Positions 58,151 to 64,000 of a stretch of DNA of 64,000 bases are shown here, piece by piece. A program made the position numbers and the translations under genes. Numbering within the stretch: position 1 is the first letter of the stretch; every line of letters begins with the position of its first letter. The DNA comes from Thermodesulfobacteriota bacterium (lineage in GTDB: Bacteria > Desulfobacterota_D > UBA1144 > Nemesobacterales > Nemesobacteraceae). The notes below the pieces were generated by a model, which saw only the letters and a program-made list of their open reading frames with translations, was not told the origin of the DNA and searched no databases. The stretch covers positions 847,511 through 911,510 of the forward strand of contig OZ241964.1 of assembly GCA_965204035.1 (NCBI GenBank), given 5' to 3'.

Positions 58151-60531
58151 ATGAAGAATTCAGCCTATAGAAGCAACCCGGTTCAACGGGAACTTAGTTC
58201 TACCCCCCCCCCCATTTTTATTCCGTAGTTCATAATCAGAGAACATTTTCATGCTTTATCATAGTTGCGCTGCTCGGCGCGCTCTCGCCGTTCGCTGCCG
58301 CGCCCGCTGCGGCACAAACTCCCGCGGTCCAATGGGCCCAAACCGCTTATTCGGTAACGGAAACTGACGTCGATCAGTCCCTTGACCTCACGATCAATAT
58401 CAATCCGGTGATACCAGGACCCAACAACAGGGGCTTCTTAGTTTCTGTATTAGGTACCAGCACGGCCACCCAAGGGATCGATTGGGACTTTTCCACTGGA
58501 TGCAGTTCCTTGCCCCACAGTACCGGTACAGCGACTTGCACCCTGACCATCAAAGGGGACGATATCAGTGAGGGGAGCGAGACCATCGTACTGAGGTTGG
58601 TGGGCGTAGGCTCCGCCTACAATATAGGCAGTAATGCCGTAACCACAGTTACGATCACCGACGACGACCCGCCCACGGTCTCTCTTTCTGCGGCTCCCAA
58701 CCCTGTGACGGAGGGTTCATCCGTAACCGTAACGGCGACGCTGTCGTCGTCGGCGAGCAACGTAAGCATCCCGGTGACGCTCACGGCGGGCACGGCGGAG
58801 CCGGACGACTACGGCACGCTCACGTCCATCAGCATCTCAAGCGGCCAGACCTCAGGTACCGGCACGATAACCACGGCGCAGGACACGGACACAGAAGGCT
58901 ATGAGAGGTTCACGGTGTCTCTGGGCACGCTTCCCTCGGGGGTGATCGCCGGCACATCCAGTTCAGTTGTGATCAGGATCAGGGATGACGACGTAAGTTA
59001 TCCCCCGCCCGCCCTGCGGGAGCTCTCCCTTTTCGCCTCGGACAAAGGACGCTTCGCGAGCCGCGGGAATTATGTAGATCTTGAACCGACCTTCCACGAA
59101 GACACCCTCAACTACACGGTGCGCGTAGACGACTGGGCGGGGTATATAAGAGTGGGGGCCGAAGCCCGAGACAGTAACCCTGAAGACCCGACGAAGGTAT
59201 TCATCAACGGCGAACTGAAGGGACCTTCACCTTCACGTCCTCAAGATCCTGACCCCTCTGCTAGCTCCTCTATTTGGGTGGAACTGAAGGATGTCACGCC
59301 GATCGAAATCGTGGTGAGGAATCCGCTCGGGGAGTCGCAGACCTACACGGTGAGAGTGCTTCGGGGCAGTGCCGAGGTATCTCCCGCGCAGACTCCGCCC
59401 GATCAGCCCCCCAACTCCGAGCCTCCGCCCGATCAGACTCCGACGACGGGAGGAAGCGGCACCCCGGGAGGCAGCGGTTCTCCTTCCGGTGGCGGAGGAG
59501 GCGGAGGTGAACCGCAACTGTCTTCAGACGCTTCCCTGAGCGGACTCCGCGTCTCTGAAGGAGACCTGATGTTCAGCCCCGGGACGCGGGACTACGAAGT
59601 GACGGTGGGTCTTGAGGTAAGCGAACTCTCACTCACCCCAGAGGCCGGTCACCCCGACGCGGAAATAGAGATGAACGGCGTCTCCGCGCAAAGCGGAGAG
59701 GAAACGCGGATTGATCTCGGGGAAGACGAAACCGTCTCGATAACTATAACGGTCACCGCTCCCGACGGAGAGACTGCGATAACCTACACGGTAAGGGTTA
59801 CCCGGGGGGAGGAGTGCGGGATAAACGACAAGGAGGCCCTCACAAGGTTCTACGGGGCCACGGGGGGAGACGCGTGGACAATGAAAGACAACTGGAACAC
59901 CGAAAATCCTCTCGGGGAGTGGTACGGAGTAAGCGCCGATGAAAACGAAAAAGTAATATCCCTTCTTCTGGCTGACAACAATCTTGAGGGAGAGATTCCC
60001 AGGGAGTTTCTGTGCCTCGCGGAACTCAAGGAACTCGCCCTCTGGGGCAACGGGGGGCTTTCGGGGCATGTACCCGAAAACCATACGCTGGCGACAGAGA
60101 GGGCCGCGCTTCTTTACATTGCGCGCGCGCTTTCGCTCAACGCCGTGTGGTTCGATACTTACGAAGACCCCTATTACGACTTCCCGGAGTGGCATTACGG
60201 GGTTACGACGGATGACGGAAGGGTGACTGGGCTTTCCTTCTCTGGGGAAGACATAAGCGGAGTGATTCCCGTAATTCTCTTAAGACAGCTAAAAGAGCTT
60301 GAGACTCTTGACCTTGAGTGCTCGGGCATCACCCTTGGCGGAGACGCGCCCGAGGGGGTTAAGGTAAAGGAGGGCTGCGAAGAGGAAGAGGACCTGCCGG
60401 GCGGAGGGGGAGGCTGCGCTCTCGGAGACCAGGGGAGCGGGGGAGCGCCAGGCATCCTGCTTCTGCTGCTTGTGGCTGTGGCGTACGGGAGAGGGGCTTT
60501 TCTGAAGGGGCGGCGCGGAAGAAACCTCTGA
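58151..60531 (+). CDS. Surface protein A (Calx-beta-like, cadherin-like beta-sandwich, LRR module, C-terminal anchor), frameshifted at a C11 tract
   Basis: AGGAGG RBS and ATG at 58151. The signal peptide IIVALLGALSPFAAAPAAA/QT is in the main frame upstream of the ORF-track start (58408). C12 or C9 would fuse the two frames. Confidence 0.75.
58203..58213 (+). repeat. C11 homopolymer in the 5' coding leader (OFF phase)
   Basis: ttctaCCCCCCCCCCCattttt; the ATG frame ends at TAG shortly afterwards (..STPPPIFIP*). Confidence 0.85.
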
Positions 60532-60837
60532 GAAGAGAGAATTCATCCGACAGGTAATCCGGGGATGTCGGGAAGCGGATTCGTTGCGGCGAAGCGCCGG
60601 GATTTTAACCGGCCGGCAAGTTTGAGGCGTGCGCGCTGTTGAGCACCCGCATATGTATCAAGGGTTTCCCCGAGTGTGAAAAAACTTCTGCCTCGGGATT
60701 TTCTGTTTCTGTTCAGAGCTTGACCGGATGCGGGAATTCTGAGAGGCGCCCGAAAGTCCTCGGGCGACCAATTTGAATTTATTCCCGCTTGCCGTTATAT
60801 TGGTGATCCAATGTTAGAAAGGAGGTTAGACAGAAAG

Positions 60838-63139
60838 ATGAACAAAACAGATAGAAATCCGTTACTGATGACTGAGAAAGGGGCTACCCCCCCCCCCATT
60901 TTGTCTCCCGCTAAGTTCTGATTCCCCCGGTTTTTCCCGCAAGAGCCCTAAGGCACTTTCCCTTTTTCCCGGATCGTCCTGCGGTCGGGCCGCGTCCGCG
61001 TGGCGCCGCCTCGCCCTCCTCCCCGTCCTCGCGCTGCTGGCGGGCGCGCTGTGCCTGTTCGAGGCCGCACCCGCCAAAGCGCAGACCGTGCCCGGCAGCA
61101 TGTCCGTCGATGGGTTCCACCCAATGGGACCCGGACGCATGAAGATCGCCGAGGGCACATCGATCACCTACGGCATCGTGATCCACCAGCCGCCGACCGC
61201 GGATCTGACCATCACGCCGCGACACCACAACGTCCGACCGGACGGCAGCGACTACCCCAACGTCGACACCAGTCTGCTCACGATCCACAACGCGGTCACC
61301 TGGAAAGCCAACCTCTCCAACCACTATGCCTCGGACTGGCAGCAGTCCAAATCGGTCAGGCTCACCGCGGTGGACGACAACGAGTGCAAGTCTCCGCCCG
61401 GCAACCGGTACTGGATCAGGCACCACGGCAGCGGCGGCGGTCCCAACTGGGGCGGGTGGGAGCGGCAGGACCGGCACCATGGCCTGGTGATTTCGATCGA
61501 AATCATCGACGACGACTGCAAATATCTGGCCGCTTCCCCGGGCCAGGTGTATCCGGAGGAGGGCGCCAGCGCGACCTACACCGTGCGTCTGAAGGAGCCG
61601 CTCGAGGACGCCGCGTACATTTCCCCGCGCATCAGCGTCCCCGGCGACAGCGACCCCGGCGCGATCACGGTCTCTCCCGAGCGGATCCGGGTCGAAGCGG
61701 GAGACACGAGCCCGCAAACGTTCACGGTCAGCGCCGGAAGGGACGCGAACTCCCGTAACGAGGTCCTGGTTGTCGACCACAGCGTCGACTCGCCGGAGGT
61801 CCCGGCGGATTACCTGGGCGCCCGGGTGACCGTCATTGTCCAGGACGAGCAGAACGCGGCGAGGAAGCAGGAGCGCGACCCGCTGACCGTGACCGGTCTT
61901 GCGCTCACGGCCGGTTCGGAGGCGGTGGCGCTGAGCCCGGCCTTCTCGACGAATGTGCTGTCGTACCGGGCGGAGGTTCCGGCGGGGACGACGAGCGTGT
62001 CGCTGGCGCCGCACTGGAGCGGCGGGGAGAGCGTGTTCGCGGGCTCGCGCCGGGGCGGCACGACCTTCACGCGCCCGGCGCGGGTGCGGCCCTCGGGGAC
62101 GGCGGTCGCGCTGGCGCTGGCGCCGGACGGCGGCGCGACCGAGCTGTGGGTGATGGCGAGCGGCGGTTCGGGCGGCATGACGACCTACCGCATCGAGGTG
62201 ACCGAGGCGCAGACTTCCCTCGCACAGACTCTGACGACGGGAGGAGACGGCACCACGGGCGGCGGTGGCGGTTCTCCTTCCGGTGGTGGCGGCGGGGGCG
62301 GAGCCCCTCCCACTGGCGGAGACAGTCCTTCGCCCGAAGAACCCCAAGAGCCTGAACAGACTGATGAGTGCGGAGATAACGACAGGGAAAACCTTGTGAG
62401 CTTCTACAACGCTACGGACGGAGACACCTGGCTTGAGAAAACAAACTGGAACTCCTCCGAACCTCTCGACCAGTGGTATGGAGTAGACACAGATGAAGAC
62501 GGAGAGATTGTATCCCTTCGTCTTGCGGATAACAATCTCTCCGGACAGATGCCGACAAGAGAACTTCTGTGTCTTAATGAAGACACGGAACTTAAGGAAC
62601 TTGCCCTCTGGGGCAACGAAGATCTCTTGGGAGATGAGCCGGAGGGGTTTGTGTTTGCCATTGAGAGAGCCGTGTTGAGAGACATAGCGGAAACGATTGA
62701 CCTTAACCCCGAGTGGTTTGAAGACTATGAAGACCACCTTTTTGACTTCGAGGACTGGCACGAGGGGGGAGTTATGACGGATGAGGAAGGAAGGGTGAGG
62801 GAGCTTGATTTCACCGAAGAAGGTATAACCGGAGAGATTCCGAGGAGTGTTTTTAAGCTTGAAAACCTCACAGTCATAAAGACGGGATGTGAAGTAACTC
62901 TTGAGGCTCCCGAGCCAGAGGGAGTGAGCGTGATGATGGCTGAAGACTGCCCGGAGGAGATGGAACCTGAAGACATGGAGGAAGGGGATACGTCAGCGTC
63001 CGGAGGCGGGGGCTGCGCCCTGGGTCAAGAGGATTCTTCTGTATCCGGCTTCGGCTTGTTCCTCGTGACTATTCTTGTCTTCGCGGCGCTTGTGAGAAAA
63101 AGGGTACTGGTTTCCCGTCTGGCTGGGAACAGGCTGTAA
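60838..63139 (+). CDS. Surface protein B (GC-rich beta-sandwich passenger, LRR module, C-terminal anchor), frameshifted at a C11 tract
   Basis: AAAGGAGGT RBS and ATG at 60838. The signal peptide RRLALLPVLALLAGALCLFEAAPAKA/QT is in the main frame upstream of 61088. C10 or C13 would fuse the two frames. Confidence 0.75.
60887..60897 (+). repeat. C11 homopolymer in the 5' coding leader (OFF phase)
   Basis: gctaCCCCCCCCCCCattttgtc; the ATG frame ends ..ATPPPILSPAKF*. Confidence 0.85.
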
Positions 63140-63164
63140 AAGTTTTTTGCGTTGCACGATGTGA

Positions 63165-63200
63165 TACGGCGCATCTCCTTAATCCCGGAGATGCGCCGTA
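63165..63200. repeat. Perfect 14-bp inverted repeat downstream of surface protein B
   Basis: TACGGCGCATCTCC-ttaatccc-GGAGATGCGCCGTA; no T-tract. Confidence 0.8.
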
Positions 63201-63524
63201 GTCTCCAGATGGGAAGTTCCGTTATGTTCTCAGGATAAGCCGGGACAAACGCTTCTTCGCTCAAGCCGCCCCTCGCCGCGAAATCAGCCTCTTCGGAGTC
63301 GCCCTTCAAGTCTGGCTTGAAGAAAAATTCAAAAGAACAAGCCGGTTGATTCATTAACTCAAAAAGCGGTCAAATCATGATGACTTAATTTACTCCCTAC
63401 ATCCAAGGCCTTAACTTGAGCGCGTATGGAGGTAGTGGTATATTTTCTGTCCGAGTGCGTGGAGAAGCACCCGACATTGAGTTCACTGCGTCTCCATGCG
63501 TTCACATACATCCCGAAGTGTTGA

Positions 63525-64000
<476 letters not shown>

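Noticed and set aside
60911-62761. 616-aa minus-strand ORF and 252-aa Arg-rich plus-strand ORF
   Set aside because: These are shadow ORFs caused by the GC-rich passenger of surface protein B, with no motifs.

Overview
Bacterial chromosomal window of moderate GC. Gene content and style suggest a Gram-negative Desulfobacterota-like or Ca. Dadabacteria-like organism, possibly host- or sponge-associated; this is inference only. Most of the window is housekeeping: RNase II family, FprA-like reductase, ptsP, gltA, rarA, gloA, the ccmABCDEF(I) cytochrome c maturation operon, rsmE, cobA-hemD, uvrB, rimP-nusA-infB-rbfA-truB-rpsO-pnp-miaA, fused otsAB, malic enzyme and a partial katG. Accessory material includes a BsuBI/PstI-type restriction-modification pair, one intact and several decayed or orphan toxin-antitoxin modules, an ArsS-type radical SAM cluster and four large exported proteins. 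The most striking signal is that the four long G/C homopolymers I found (9-11 nt) each sit in one of the four exported-protein loci. Two tandem surface-protein genes (58151-60531 and 60838-63139) each have a strong RBS and ATG separated from their signal peptide by an out-of-frame C11 tract in a shared CTA-Cn-ATTTT context. The same motif recurs inverted as a G9 spacer in the promoter region of a metalloprotease-like lipoprotein (about 28030), and an S8 protease carries an in-frame G11. This looks like a family of phase-variable surface-protein contingency loci, two of them with swappable N-terminal passengers on a conserved LRR plus Cys-containing C-terminal anchor.
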